From Lingula anatina (lineage: Eukaryota; Animalia; Brachiopoda), in contig CM120640.1 of the NCBI GenBank assembly GCA_051362555.1, positions 71,774,788 through 71,838,787 of the forward strand: a DNA stretch of 64,000 nt, written 5' to 3'. The first letter of the stretch is position 1, and the number at the start of each line of letters is the position of its first letter. The position numbers and the translations under genes are program-made. Below, piece after piece: positions 51,001 through 63,044 of this stretch. The notes under the pieces are model-generated. The model worked only from the letters and a program-made list of their open reading frames with translations. It was not told the DNA's origin and did no database searches.

Positions 51001-51210
51001 ATTCAGAAAAAAAACATTCCGGTTAATTTTTAGGGTCTGAAAAAGTTCCTGATAAGTAATTATGCAATAGAGAAAGAAATAGCTCTACGGAATTTTAAAC
51101 AGAAAGAATTTGCATTTATGATATTATTTACTTAGCATTGACATCTAATTACTTTATATGGTACATTCTGTTTATATATGATTTATATTAATGCTAAATA
51201 AATAAAAATT
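50110..51210 (+). mobile_element. Degenerate L1/Tx1-clade LINE fragment
   Basis: SDHSPVILEL..GKGLWKLNNNLL (endonuclease end), LLMEIRGETI, KWVEEGEKPTKYF and a 3' LDYIILVTKFYIY segment; internally deleted; (TA)n at 50922-50998. Confidence 0.75.
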
Positions 51211-51553
51211 TAAAAAATATTCCTGCTTTTTTACACTTCTTTTATTGATGAAAATGGCACGATTTTTTTAAAGACTATTTATAATCATTTTCTAAATTTT
51301 ATTTGTAAAAGTAAATGTACTAGTCATAGATTAAAATAATTAAGATTTAGTTGGTGTCCTATGATGACATTGGAAGATAATATTGATATGTATGCCTTGG
51401 AACTAAATATAGATCGATAGGGTTTCCCTGCTAAACTAGGTCATGTTTGCTAAACTAGGTCATGTTGTACGTCATCGGACTTTAGCTCCATATGAACTAG
51501 CGCCGACCCCATGTGATTGTTGTGATTGATCCTACAAGTTTAGTACATAAACT

Positions 51554-51571
51554 TGGTGTCAGAAGTAGGAT
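51554..51571 (+). other. Orphan primer-binding site (tRNA-Leu complement)
   Basis: TGGTGTCAGAAGTAGGAT; one mismatch to the TGGTGTCAGAAGTGGGAT PBS common in Gypsy elements. Confidence 0.55.
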
Positions 51572-53129
51572 TACAAATTACCTATATTGATGTAATACCA
51601 GCAAATGCCATGGTAATTATCAGTTTATTTAGTTACTTTAAATGTATATATGTTAAAACAAAAAAACAAACGCTCAGGCACGTTCAGCTCACGACTCCCA
51701 TCTTCCAATTCAGTAACAGTTAACATAAACTGATCCTGGCATAACAGAGCTATTTCGAACAATAAAGGTTCTTTATTTTGTTACATGCAGTACATTGCAG
51801 GCTATTTGGTTCTTTGTTTTTGTGCCTACTAGACTGAATTCTAGAATGCTGTCAAAGTGGACAATGTTTTTCAAAGTGGACAATATCTTGTCTTATAATG
51901 AAAATTGTTTAATATTTAAGACTCTTGAAGATTAGTTATTTGGTAGACTATTTATTTATGACACTTATTTTTCTCCGGGACTGGAAGTTATACACCTCGT
52001 GGAAGCAGATGCAGTTTGCAGACGCTTCATTCCAATTCCCTTTTTTTATCAGTACTGAAAGTGCCAATGTTTAAGAAATGAATATATTATTAGCATGCTC
52101 TGTTATGTGCTGTGTCAAGCCTGAAGGTCACAAAGTAGTGCAAGTTTCTTCACTTAACATGTATGTGCCATTGTGTAACATTTTACAAAAGCAAGTTAGA
52201 CTGTGGTAACATTGGTCAACAGAGAGTTGGTGTTTGCGCATGCCAAGAGATTTGTTTGTTTACGTTCAGTTGTTATTATTGTGCATGTTCCTTATGAAAA
52301 TTGTTTTCTTATTGTTTATAGTTTAGAACTCGCCACATTCAAATAGTTAAATGGGTTTAAGATGACAAACATTCATATAAGATTAAACAATAGAACCTAT
52401 GTTATTACTAATGTATTAACTTTGTTACTTTACAGTTATGATAAGGTTAAAAGTTCTGTTTTGCATTTAGTAAGAAGTATACAGAAATGTGTATCTAATT
52501 AAATTAAAAGTTTCACTTAAGTTTCAATGTTTATTTTCAGCAACGACACTTGTAGCAATAAGTCAGTCAATAAAGAAGTTAAATGCTGTTACAAAGTTGA
52601 TGAACATTCAAAATGGATACCAGACCATCATATGATGAAGATGATGTGCTACAGGAAGGCATACCCAGGAGAAGTAGCAGGAAGCCTGTGCCCTCCACTA
52701 AAAGAAAAGAAAACATGGAGCAAAGAATTGAGGAAAGAGACAGGTAACAAAAAATAATTAAAAAAAAAAAAAAAATGAGTTAAGAGAAGCAATGCTATAA
52801 GATGATGTAGATGCCATCCATTGTAGTGCAATGAAAGTAATGGAGAAAACTTGGAAGACATTCACTACTTGTCATCTAGGTCTTGTTCTTGAATGCGTAA
52901 GTGATGAAGACAAAGACGAGGCTTATGAGATTTATGAGCTGGAGGAAGAAAGGTGGCTGACAGCCCATGATGACGATGGATCTGAAGAGGGGGCATATTC
53001 AGCAAGTGGCAGTGAAACCTAAGGGGGAAAGCACATTGACACACGTGGACTGGCTGGAGTGTTGACGTTGCCCAAGGCAGAGAAATGCACAGAAGTATAC
53101 TGTTTTTAAGGTTATACAATCGACTTAAG

Positions 53130-53900
53130 GACCGAGGAAGCCAACTCCATTATCATTTGAAGAAAATATCAAACAAAACTGGAAAACTTATGTTCCTAAG
53201 TATGACATATACAATGGCACCTATTACAGTGAAATGACAACCAAATAGAAGGCATGCATGTTTTTTAACCAGACGGGTAGGTGTGCAATTGAAAAGCATG
53301 ACTTTTTTATGATGATTATGAAACAAGGATGATCCAGATGTACCAAAGAACAGATTTAGTGAATTTTTTAATCAAAGGACTAAATGTGATACTCATATTG
53401 TAGAGGTTCAGTCTACATGTTCAACAAGATGATGAATGTTTCTGGTAATTCTTGGCAAATGCAAAACATAAGGTGAAAAGTTGCAATTAAGGTGAACTTG
53501 AAGAAGATATGCTCAGAAACAGAATCGATCAGACATGAAAACACAAGGAAAGTATTGCTAAGAGAAGACAATTTTACACTGATGAAAACAATGAAAATGT
53601 GCCAAATTGAGTGTTTGGAGGAGGATGCAAAGCACAGTTAACAGCAACCAGCAAGTCAGGTTTGATAAGTAAACTTAGAAACTGGAATGGTAGTCATGCT
53701 GGAGATAAAATGCCCAGGTTTTGGTAAAACCTGTCACAAGTGTGGAAAGCTAAATCACTTTGAAGTAGCTTTCAAAAGTAAGCCCCAGAAAAGTAAAGTA
53801 ACACCCCAAGAAAATAAAGTTATTCAAGAAGTGAATACTGATGGTGACACTGAACCAAATTTTAACATTGACACAGTGAGTGACCCACATACAGCAAAGG
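53130..53900 (+). mobile_element. Degenerate Gypsy (Mag-like) gag with zinc knuckle
   Basis: SCN*GELEEDMLRNRI, LLREDNFTLMKTMKMC, CPGFGKTCHKCGKLNHF. Confidence 0.7.
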
Positions 53901-55058
53901 AATACTTAATAATTTTTAAGGGTCTCTGAACTGTTTTCTGCATTTTTCTTATTTATATTTGGATATAATTCATAGAACTCATAAAAGCTGATTTGCAACA
54001 TAACATGCTATTTCTGAACCTCTGTGACATAATCTTACGCAACCAAATACACTCAAAATTTCTACTGTATAAAGATTGGTATTTTTTTGTATTAAAATCT
54101 CTACAGCCAGCTTAGTAAACTTAGGAGTGAGAAAGTTAACCTGGTTTACTTGCCTACTCAGGAGGATCAGTTAGATCTGCATGCTCATGCTTGAGTGAGG
54201 TGACAATGAATTTCAATAGATATTCATAGAACTGTTAAAAATTGTTCTTTTTGGCAGTTGTACAGATCAAAATATACAATATACACTGGTGCCTCAAAAC
54301 CACTATTTGAACAGATCATCCATGGCAAAAGACAGATGCTGTTTGGTGCAAGGCCTTTGAAATAACCTGTTTTCTGACCTCTTTTACACCTTACGTGAAA
54401 CCCTCTTTTTAAAAATTTGATTAAAGTAAAATTTGTGTAAATGTTTCAATCCAGCCGTAAAAGTAAATTTCCTGAATGGTCTATTTGTTCATTCTAATGA
54501 TATCCCTTCTACAAAGATTATTCTCATTTACCCTCTACCAGGGCCACAGATTGATTTTTCCCTAGATATTCACATGTGTCTTTAGATAAATAGACAGTCA
54601 TTTTTCTATCTCTGACCCTGTGCTGAAATCTCTAGGTTGATTATATGGCTGGTAATTGTTCACATAACTGCTCAGGCACTGCCACTTAATAGGCCCAAGC
54701 CAAGTCCCCTTAATAGCAATTAAGACAGTTAACTGCTCTGTAGTAACTGTAAATCTCCTGTGGTAACTCCTAAAGAGTGGGTACAATGCCATCTGCACTG
54801 GTGCAGATTTAATTTCTTCTATCTGGCCAAAAGTTACAGGGTGGCTTTTGGAAAACCTGCCTATAATATCTGCCACCCTGGAAGAGGGTAATTCTAACTA
54901 CTGATTACAGTCAAGTCTTAGCACTAACTTGTCATTACACAACTACTTTATTCTATGGAAGAATAAAACAGCACATGAAACCTTAGTGAACTGTAACAAC
55001 ACTCCAGAATACATCCGGTGTCCCCATAATCCCTGAGCTGCATCTTGTGTGTGGATGT

Positions 55059-55222
55059 TCACTTGGCCACTTCCTCTAGACCAAACTTGTGGAGCACTTC
55101 CAGGGAGGCCTTATGTGCACTGTAAAGAAGGCAACACTGACAAATAGGTACAATAATACTATGTAATCCAAAAATCCACTCTTAATTTTACATGGACAAA
55201 GATGGCAAATACACACACAATA

Positions 55223-55320
<98 letters not shown>

Positions 55321-56849
55321 GTTTTTGTTCTATATGTTGTGGTGTTTATAATGCAAGTGGTCAGCCCATTGCTGGTTGCAGCACTACTTCATAAAAGTTT
55401 ACAATGCCAAAAGCAATCACCATATTGTCTATATCAATTTTTTGGGTATTTTACCAATTCATGTCAACTTCATCATCCTAGTAATAAAAAGACAGGTCTA
55501 TCACAGTTATAGTCATAGTTCTACCAACCTTCCTGGTCTGATAATCCTGTACTTGTTATAACAAGACAAGTCTATCACAGTTATAGTCATAGTTCTACCA
55601 ACCTTCCTGGTCTGATAATCCTGTACTTGTTATAACAAGACAAGTCTATCACAGTTATAGTCATAGTTCTACCAACCTTCCTGGTCTGATAATCCTGTAC
55701 TTGTACCTGTACACACAAGACAAGTCTATCACAGTTATAGTCATAGTTCTACCAACCTTCCTGGTCTGATAATCCTGTATTTGCCATAACAAGACAAGTC
55801 TATCACAGTTATAGTCATAGTTCTACCAACCTTCCTGGTCTGATAATCCTGTACTTGTACCTGTACACACAAGACAAGTCTATCACAGTTATAGTCATAG
55901 TTCTACCAACCTTCCTGGTCTGATAATCCTGTATTTGCCATAACAAGACAAGTCTATCACAGTTATAGTCATAGTTCTACCAACCTTCCTGGTCTGATAA
56001 TCCTGAACTTGCCATAACAAGACAAGTCTATCACAGTTATAGTCATAGCACTACCAACCTTCCTGGTCTGATAATCCCGTACTTGTTATAACAAGACAAG
56101 TCTATCACAGTTATAGTCATAGCTCTACCAACCTTCCTGGTCTGATAATCCTGTATTTGCCATAACAAGACAAGTCTATCACAGTTGAGCCCAGACGTTG
56201 CAGTGGACCATCCCCCAAAATACCACCATCAAAAACTTTGTCCAATTTGTGCCACAAATGTTCAAATTCCTAAAATAAATAATAATTATCAACATTTTCA
56301 AACTTTAGTTCCAAATATTTTCTTCTTTTAGACAGATAACACTAGTGCGCCTGATTTGGTTTAAAAGTGCAATTTCAGGTCAGAACTGGTCTGGCTTGGT
56401 CTTAAAAATTATTAAGCAGTCTAAAATCGCTCTTAAGATCAAAAACGATCTGAATTCCAGTGAGTTAACTATAATTAGCCTGACTTCCAACAAAGTAGTA
56501 AAGCAACTATCTCCCCTCACACATTGTGTCCAAACTTGGACTGACTTTCCAGCCAGCCAGGTGAAGATAGCAATCAAGCAGAGGGACATTGTGTAAGTAG
56601 CAAAGGGTGGCCTCTTGTCAAGTGCTAATTGCCTAATTGCTAAGGGGTGATTCAGGTACTATATCAGAGAGTTTTGAAAGCAAGGAATAAAGGTTTGTGT
56701 TATTAATTTTCGTGAATAATCATATAGAAAAAATTAAAAATAACTTTGATCAAACCAAACAAGTTGTTCAAACAGTTAGTAATAAATAAAGTACCTTATG
56801 GGTGAGTCCCTTTCTCTTTCTCTCTTTCCACTCCCCCCCCCCCCCAATT

Positions 56850-56903
<54 letters not shown>

Positions 56904-59654
56904 GTGTGTTTGGTATTCACTCACCTGGACACTGAGGGTACTTCCAGCGGCACTGACATTGGCACTGGTCAGGGCCAGAGGCTGACCACAAGCCCTGGCT
57001 AAACTGGAAATGAAAGTGTGGTCAGGGATCCTAATGCCCACCAAACAGGTCATTGGGTTGAGGCTGGGGTTCAGTTGTGCTGTCCTCTCAAAGACCAAGG
57101 TGACTGGACCAGGAAGTAACTCTGACAGCAACTCTTCTGACACTGTCACTCTGCCCCATCTACACAGTCAACAGAAAACAAAGAATAGAAAGTTTTACAT
57201 CTACACAGTCAACAGAAAACAAAGAATAGAAAGTTTTACATCTACACAGTCAGTAGAAAACAAAGAATGGAAAGTTTTACATCTACACAGTCAGCAGAAA
57301 ACAAAGAATGGAAAGTTTTACATCTACACAGTCAGCAGAAAACAAAGAATGGAAAGTTTTACATCTACACAGTCAGCAGAAAACAAAGAATGGAAAGTTT
57401 TACATCTACACAGTCAGCAGAAAACAAAGAATGGAAAGTTTTACATCTACACAGTCAGCAGAAAACAAAGAATGGAAAGTTTTACATCTACACAGTCAGT
57501 AGAAAACAAAGAATGGAAAGTTTTACATCTACACAGTCAGTAGAAAACAAAGAATAGAAAGTTTTACATCTACACAGTCAGTAGAAAACAAAGAATAGAA
57601 AGTTTTACATCTACACAGTCAGTAGAAAACAAAGAATAGAAAGTTTTACATCTACACAGTCAGTAGAAAACAAAGAATAGAAAGTTTTACATCTACACAG
57701 TTAGCAGAAAACAAAGAATAGAAAGTTTTACATCTACACAGTCAGCAGAAAACAAAGAATAGAAAGTTTTACATCTACACAGTCAGCAGAAAACAGAGGC
57801 CTGCACTAAACAAGGACAGATGGAGGCAAAATCTGTCTCACATCAGGGAAATACAGTGAACAGTTCATAGTTAACTTCAGTGTGACTAATGAAGTCCCAA
57901 GTGTTGGGTCAAAAGCTCTCAGTTACGCTTTCAGCTTATTGCGTAGAAATTGAACAGTTATAAATTTTATCATTATGATGAGTAACACTACTACACAGAT
58001 TAACTTTCATCACAATGGTTTAAGTCTTGTTTGTTTTGTCCCACCATCTGTTCACGACACAATTTTGTTATCATATTATGTTAATGAAGAGTGACTTTCA
58101 GTAAATAATACTTACTTATAAACATCTTTTATTTCTCCCACACATATAGCTATAGGTTTGTTTACATCTCTTTGCTTAATCTCATAGATTTTGTTTATTG
58201 CAGTAACGCTCTGGGCAAGACCTAAGAACAAATTCAATTGACTGCTTAATATATATTTTCATATTACACAATTGTTCTGTGATGATATTGCTCCATTTCA
58301 AGACATAAAAAACAATCTGATATACAGTAGTGATTGATTGTGACCACTTGTTTGGGTTAAAAAGGAAAAGAAGTTTTGTCAGTGTGACTTTGTTGCTCAA
58401 GTGTGGATCACATGCTAGCTTCATACTAGCACAAAAATTCATGCATTAGCACTCCTATTAACGATTCTGATATGTACTGGCTGTGCTAACGCATGAAAGC
58501 AAAGGCCTCAAAAAGTTGGAAATGAAAACTGCTTGCTGAACCAGCTCTTTACGTTTCTGACACAATTAACTAAATTGATGAAAATGAAGTAGCCGAAATA
58601 GAATTTTCAACCGTTTTTCATTCAAAATAAATGTTTATATTGTCATAAATACCGTGAAAATCAACTAGAAGGCCCAGTTTTTAAATAAATTCCGCTCATG
58701 CGCAGTAGGTTACTGGCCCTCGCGTCATGACCTGAGTAGATTTGACCTGTTCATAACGGGTGTATGATTTTACGACGGTCAAACTGGTAGATAGACAGAT
58801 GAATTTAAGGAAAGTGATACCTCTGTTGATGGGAAAACTGGTTGGCTTCATAGTAATGTGCGTGTTGAGGAGATAAGATGTAAATTAAAATTTGAGAGCT
58901 GCCACACCGCAAGCGGTTTTCATTTCCAACTTTTTGAGGCCTTTGCTTTCATGCGTTAGCACAGCCAGTACATATCAGAATCGTTAATAGGAGTGCTAAT
59001 GCATGAATTTCATGCTAGCTTCATACCTGCTATACCATATATTGTGTCTGTGGGTACTGCAATAATGTTATCAGCCTGCAAACTTTCAACAGCAACTTGT
59101 ACTTGAAGAGTTACATCTGAAACACATTCAGTTTTTAAACCTATGTGTCACTTTATTTAACTTCATTCACAATATAAAATAAGATATCAAGCTACTGCTG
59201 GACTGATTACAACCAAGCTAATTACTGTCTTAAGCACTGCCATAAACCTAATTCCACATCCATTTTCAGTAAGGTTATTTCTTTGGTGAACATTAAAACT
59301 CAGTCAGTAAATTACAAATCTAATTCATTCCAATAGTAAAGACAATGGTCAAAGTCTCCACATACACTGAATTTAGAATAAGAACAATATCAAAGACTTA
59401 GAATTTTATAGTCACGTTGTTCCTTTGGCTTTGCATACATTATCAGTACATAAATGACTAGATGCAAATTTAAGCAAACAATTGTGAATGCATTTCCATT
59501 CTAAACATCTGGTTTTACCTTGGTCGTCAACACATACTACTCTATCACCCTGAGTCTTGATTCCGCCATTCATTTTCATCAATGTCTGTCCTTGGGAGCA
59601 AACTAATTTCTGCAGGTGCAGTATCCCACTGATTCGTCTCACACCTACGTTCAT
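55059..59654 (-). CDS. YRDC: Threonylcarbamoyl-AMP synthase YRDC (TsaC/Sua5 family), 6 exons, 254 aa
   Basis: Exons 59654-59519, 59116-59027, 58221-58116, 57159-56925, 56269-56133, 55119-55059 join in frame (765 nt), all GT-AG. Motifs IAVPTDTIYG, IYEIKQRDVNKPIAICV, LLPGPVTLV, VGIRIPD, PLALTSAN, GSTVIDL, IIRPG. Confidence 0.95.
55225..55319. repeat. (TG)n microsatellite
   Basis: Direct reading. Confidence 0.95.
55489..56186 (-). repeat. 74/80-bp tandem array (9 units) of YRDC exon 5 tail plus splice donor
   Basis: TCTATCACAGTT at 55497, 55571, 55645, 55725, 55799, 55879, 55953, 56027, 56101, 56175. Confidence 0.95.
56855..56900. repeat. (CT)n microsatellite
   Basis: Direct reading. Confidence 0.95.
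57157..57795 (-). repeat. 41-bp tandem array (~16 units) of the YRDC exon 4 splice acceptor
   Basis: CATCTACACAG every 41 bp from 57157 to 57772. Confidence 0.95.
58427..59017. mobile_element. MITE with ~100-bp TIRs and 9-bp TSD (Mutator-like) in YRDC intron 2
   Basis: AAATTCATGCATTAGCACTCC...GGAAATGAAAAC (58435-58529) is perfectly inverted at ~58916-59010. TSD GCTTCATAC at 58418-58426 and 59018-59026. Confidence 0.88.
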
Positions 59655-60101
59655 TAAGTCTGAGATATCGGATATTTGGTCAAGTTTACATGATTTCAAC
59701 ACAATGAATGACAGATATGTTGAAAATACGACTGAACAAAGATCTCAATGCCCAGCATTGCATCAGAGTGCTGCAACGTGCTGAACAAAAGAATGCCTGC
59801 TCTCCTGCATTTGAAGGTTTGTAAAATATTATCGTTAAAAACGGAAACTTTATGTTACCGTTAAAATTTAATGCGAGACGCCCTCTAAGTAAGCTTGTTT
59901 TACCCATGTAAAAAGGGTGGTGATAGATAGACTTCTCGCAGAAAAAAATAAGAGTTGACAAACTGATAGTATTCTCAATTATATCAACTTAAATGATATA
60001 AAAATAAGTGCATGCCGAAGTTTTGACAATATTTCTAAAGCCCTTAAAGCCCATCTTGGCTAAGACTAGTAGTTCGTGGACATCACCGTCTGTGAAAAGA
60101 G
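59655..60101. promoter_or_regulatory. Probable bidirectional promoter between YRDC and GET1
   Basis: Divergent start codons 447 bp apart; no specific element identified. Confidence 0.65.
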
Positions 60102-62469
60102 ATGGCTTGGTTGTTGGTGGCAGTGTTTCTTATTGTCCTTCTTTACAAGGCAGGCCGAGCTTGTCTACCAGTAATATCAACAATGGTACGGGAATGCATT
60201 AAGGTGTCAATGTCTGTAATATTTTAAGCGATGGGAAATAGTCATTTATTTTTAAATGATCCAAGGTGGATATCACAAAACTTAAACCACTACTTGAGTC
60301 CTATCACATTGTTTAGTTTAGCACTCTTATTTCTACTTTTGTGCTACTGCATAAAGGATAGAGACCCCAAAACTATAGAATGTCTACCAGTTTGGGCAGC
60401 CACTGTGATGCAGGAGCTCTGAAATCGTAATTAATTATACCTCTCATCCTCTCAGCTCCACCATTCCTGTAAGGCCAACAAGTTTTCTCCTCGACAGAAC
60501 ACTAAGGAAAAATTCATCAGCTTGTTCAGTTATGTTGCAGTGAAATCATACATGTGCTATCACAGAGATATTGGTGGCTGGCCATGACAAATGGACTTCT
60601 GAATGTGAGAAATTTGTTTATAATTGTTTCTTTCCCATGCAGAAGCTTACTCTTGATGAAACATGTTAGCTGTGCAAATTCCAATGAACCATATATTCTG
60701 CACAGTAGCTTGCTTCCTGGCATGAAATAACATTTTGCTTTATTATTTGCAGTCAGAAGTCCGTTTTGAGTGTTTTTGAAGTGGGTGTCAATTGCAACAT
60801 GCTCCTTCAATGTTTTCAGATCAGTAAAATCTTGATTAAAGAATCAACTGAGGAGAAAAATCTGAAGCAGAAGATCATCCAGCTAAGAATGGAACTGAAG
60901 ACCATAAGCAAGCTGGACCATTTTCCAAAATATGCGCGATGTGAAAGAAAAATCAACAGCCTCAATCAGGAGTTATTGGAGTACAGTATGTTGAAGTATA
61001 GTAGAATGCAGTATATATAGTACCAGTAGAGTGTAGTGTAGTATATAGTGTGTAGAATGCAGTATATATAGTACCAGTAGAGTGTAGTGTAGTATATAGT
61101 GTGTAGAATGCAGTATATATAGTACCAGTAGAGTGTAGTGTAGTATATAGTGTGTAGAATGCAGTATATATAGTACCAGTAGAGTGTAGTGTAGTATATA
61201 GTGTGTAGTATGTTGTTCTAATGAGGGGTGTATGTTGTCTTCAGCCCTGGCCTGTAACTTTGTTGAAAGAGTTTGCAATTTTTCCCCTGATTTTATTTAA
61301 CTAAAAAAAGTGGAAGATGGAAGTGGCATTTATAAGTAATAGCAAAACTTCGTCTTTTTTTAAGTTAAAAAGCATGCTTTAAAAAATTCTTTCATATGGT
61401 TAAGTTTTTTGATAAATAATAATTTATATGATTTAATAATAATAATTTTTAGTTATTAGAAATTTTTGAAAACCACTGTTATTGTTTATTCTAATTTTGT
61501 TTCAGATAAACCTACAGCATATAAATCTACTATCGTAAAGTTTGGTGTGCAAGGGATATTTTATACAATAAATGTAAGTATTTATTCACAGTATTTATTA
61601 CTAAACAGCAAAGTCAACTATACATATAATGGTGTGGTTACACTAGAAAAATTTTGTTGTAGCCATATTTTTTTACAAATCATTTTTGAGCCAAATTAAA
61701 ATCTTTTTAAGTTATTTACAAATACTTATTTCAGATAAATAACAAAAAAATCTATTTCATGCAAATTACATTTTTGACACATCATTGATGCAAACAACAT
61801 CCAAAACTTGATAATAAATGACCTTTAAAAATTACACTTTATTGTATTTCAGGAACTATGTAACAGGACCAGAATGTTCTTTAACATGACAATGTTCTTT
61901 ATCAAATTGTCTGTAGGGATAAGGAAAAAATTCTGTCTGAATATCAGACATCTTCAAATGCATCTACCAAATGTGTTGAATATATAAGTTATGTGTTTGA
62001 AAATATTAGTGGTGTGTTTGAAATATTAGTTACGTTGATGTTTTGCAGATCCTAACCATTCTTTGGTTCATATGGCGTTACAGAGGAGAGCCTATACTTC
62101 ACTTACCTGAGGAATGGGTGTGGCCTCTAGGAAAAATTGTAGCTTTTCCCACTGGGATTCCAGGTAAGACATTTAATATACTCATTACTTACCTGAGGAA
62201 TGAGTGTGGCCTGCATGAAAACTGGCAGCTTTTTCCACTGGGATTTCATGTAAAACATTTAATTCATTCATTACTCACCTGAGGAATGAGTGTGGCCTGC
62301 ATGAAAACTGGTAGCTTTTTCAACATTGATATGTTATAATATCACTGTCTGCTAGCTAATTTGATATAAATCCTGATGTATTCATTCAACAGGTGCTGTG
62401 GGCTTCACATTCTGGCTGATGGTGTGTAGAACTGTTGTAAATAAAGGACTTACTTGTGTAACAAGCTGA
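60102..62469 (+). CDS. GET1: Guided entry of tail-anchored proteins factor 1 (GET1/WRB), 5 exons, 169 aa
   Basis: Exons 60102-60185, 60820-60985, 61506-61573, 62049-62163, 62393-62469 join in frame (510 nt), GT-AG. N-terminal TM, coiled coil ELKTISKLDHFPKYARCERKIN, PILHLPEEWVWPLGKIVAFPTGIPGAVGFTFWLMVC. Confidence 0.92.
61001..61208. repeat. 51-bp tandem repeat, ~4 copies, starting ~15 nt after the GET1 exon 2 donor
   Basis: GTAGAATGCAGTATATATAGTACCAG at 61001, 61052, 61103, 61154. Confidence 0.9.
62101..62321 (+). repeat. 86-bp tandem duplication (2.5 copies) of GET1 exon 4 tail plus donor
   Basis: ACTYACCTGAGGAATG at 62101, 62187, 62273; the donor in copy 2 has decayed (CATGTAAA). Confidence 0.85.
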
Positions 62470-62496
62470 TGGAAAGGAATTGTAACACTGCTCACT

Positions 62497-62771
62497 CAAG
62501 TGACTCCACCAAGACTTGGACTGCTAGTACTACACTTAGAGGAAGTCATCCGTGCAAGTGACTCCACCAAGACTTGGACTGCTGGCACTGCACTAACTTA
62601 GAGGAAAGCCATTAGAACAAGTGACTCCAGCAAAATTTGGACTGCAAGTACTACACTAACTTAGAGGAAAGCCATTAGAACAAGTGACTCCAGCAAGATT
62701 TGGACTGCTGGCACTGCACTAACGTAAAGAAAAGCCATGAGAACAAGTGACTCCAGCAAGAGTTGGAACTG
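62497..62771 (+). repeat. ~58-63-bp tandem repeat (4.5 copies) in the GET1 3' UTR
   Basis: CAAGTGACTCCA(C/G)CAAGA recurs five times. Confidence 0.85.
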
Positions 62772-63044
62772 TTTTTACATTTTGGTTCTCCACTTGCCAG
62801 AGTTGGTGTTTATCACTCATGCTTTCCAACCTGCCTGCAGACATTCAAATCAAGGAGAATTTCTTAACGTTTTAATCAGGAGGAAAGGATTTATGGATAG
62901 CAAAGGCATATTCCTGTGGATGTGGCAAGGTGTCATACTTATTGCAAATTTTTTTTGCAGATTCATGGGTAGACAGAATGTCTGTTTAGTGTTTCTTTCA
63001 GATGTAGACTTCTTTCAGAAGTGCATGTGTCCAAAACATTTTGT

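Noticed and set aside
51420-51470. GCTAAACTAGGTCATGTT direct repeat as a transposon end
   Set aside because: No matching inverted end found in the window.
52527-53119. Exon-like purine-rich segments with an acidic ORF
   Set aside because: Many stops and no recognisable domain; probably a decayed TE.
57010-57557. Plus-strand repetitive ORFs
   Set aside because: Antisense to YRDC exon 4 and the 41-bp array.
55489-57795. Regular repeat arrays as possible CRISPR
   Set aside because: No unique spacers, eukaryotic context, no cas genes; they are head-to-tail tandem repeats.
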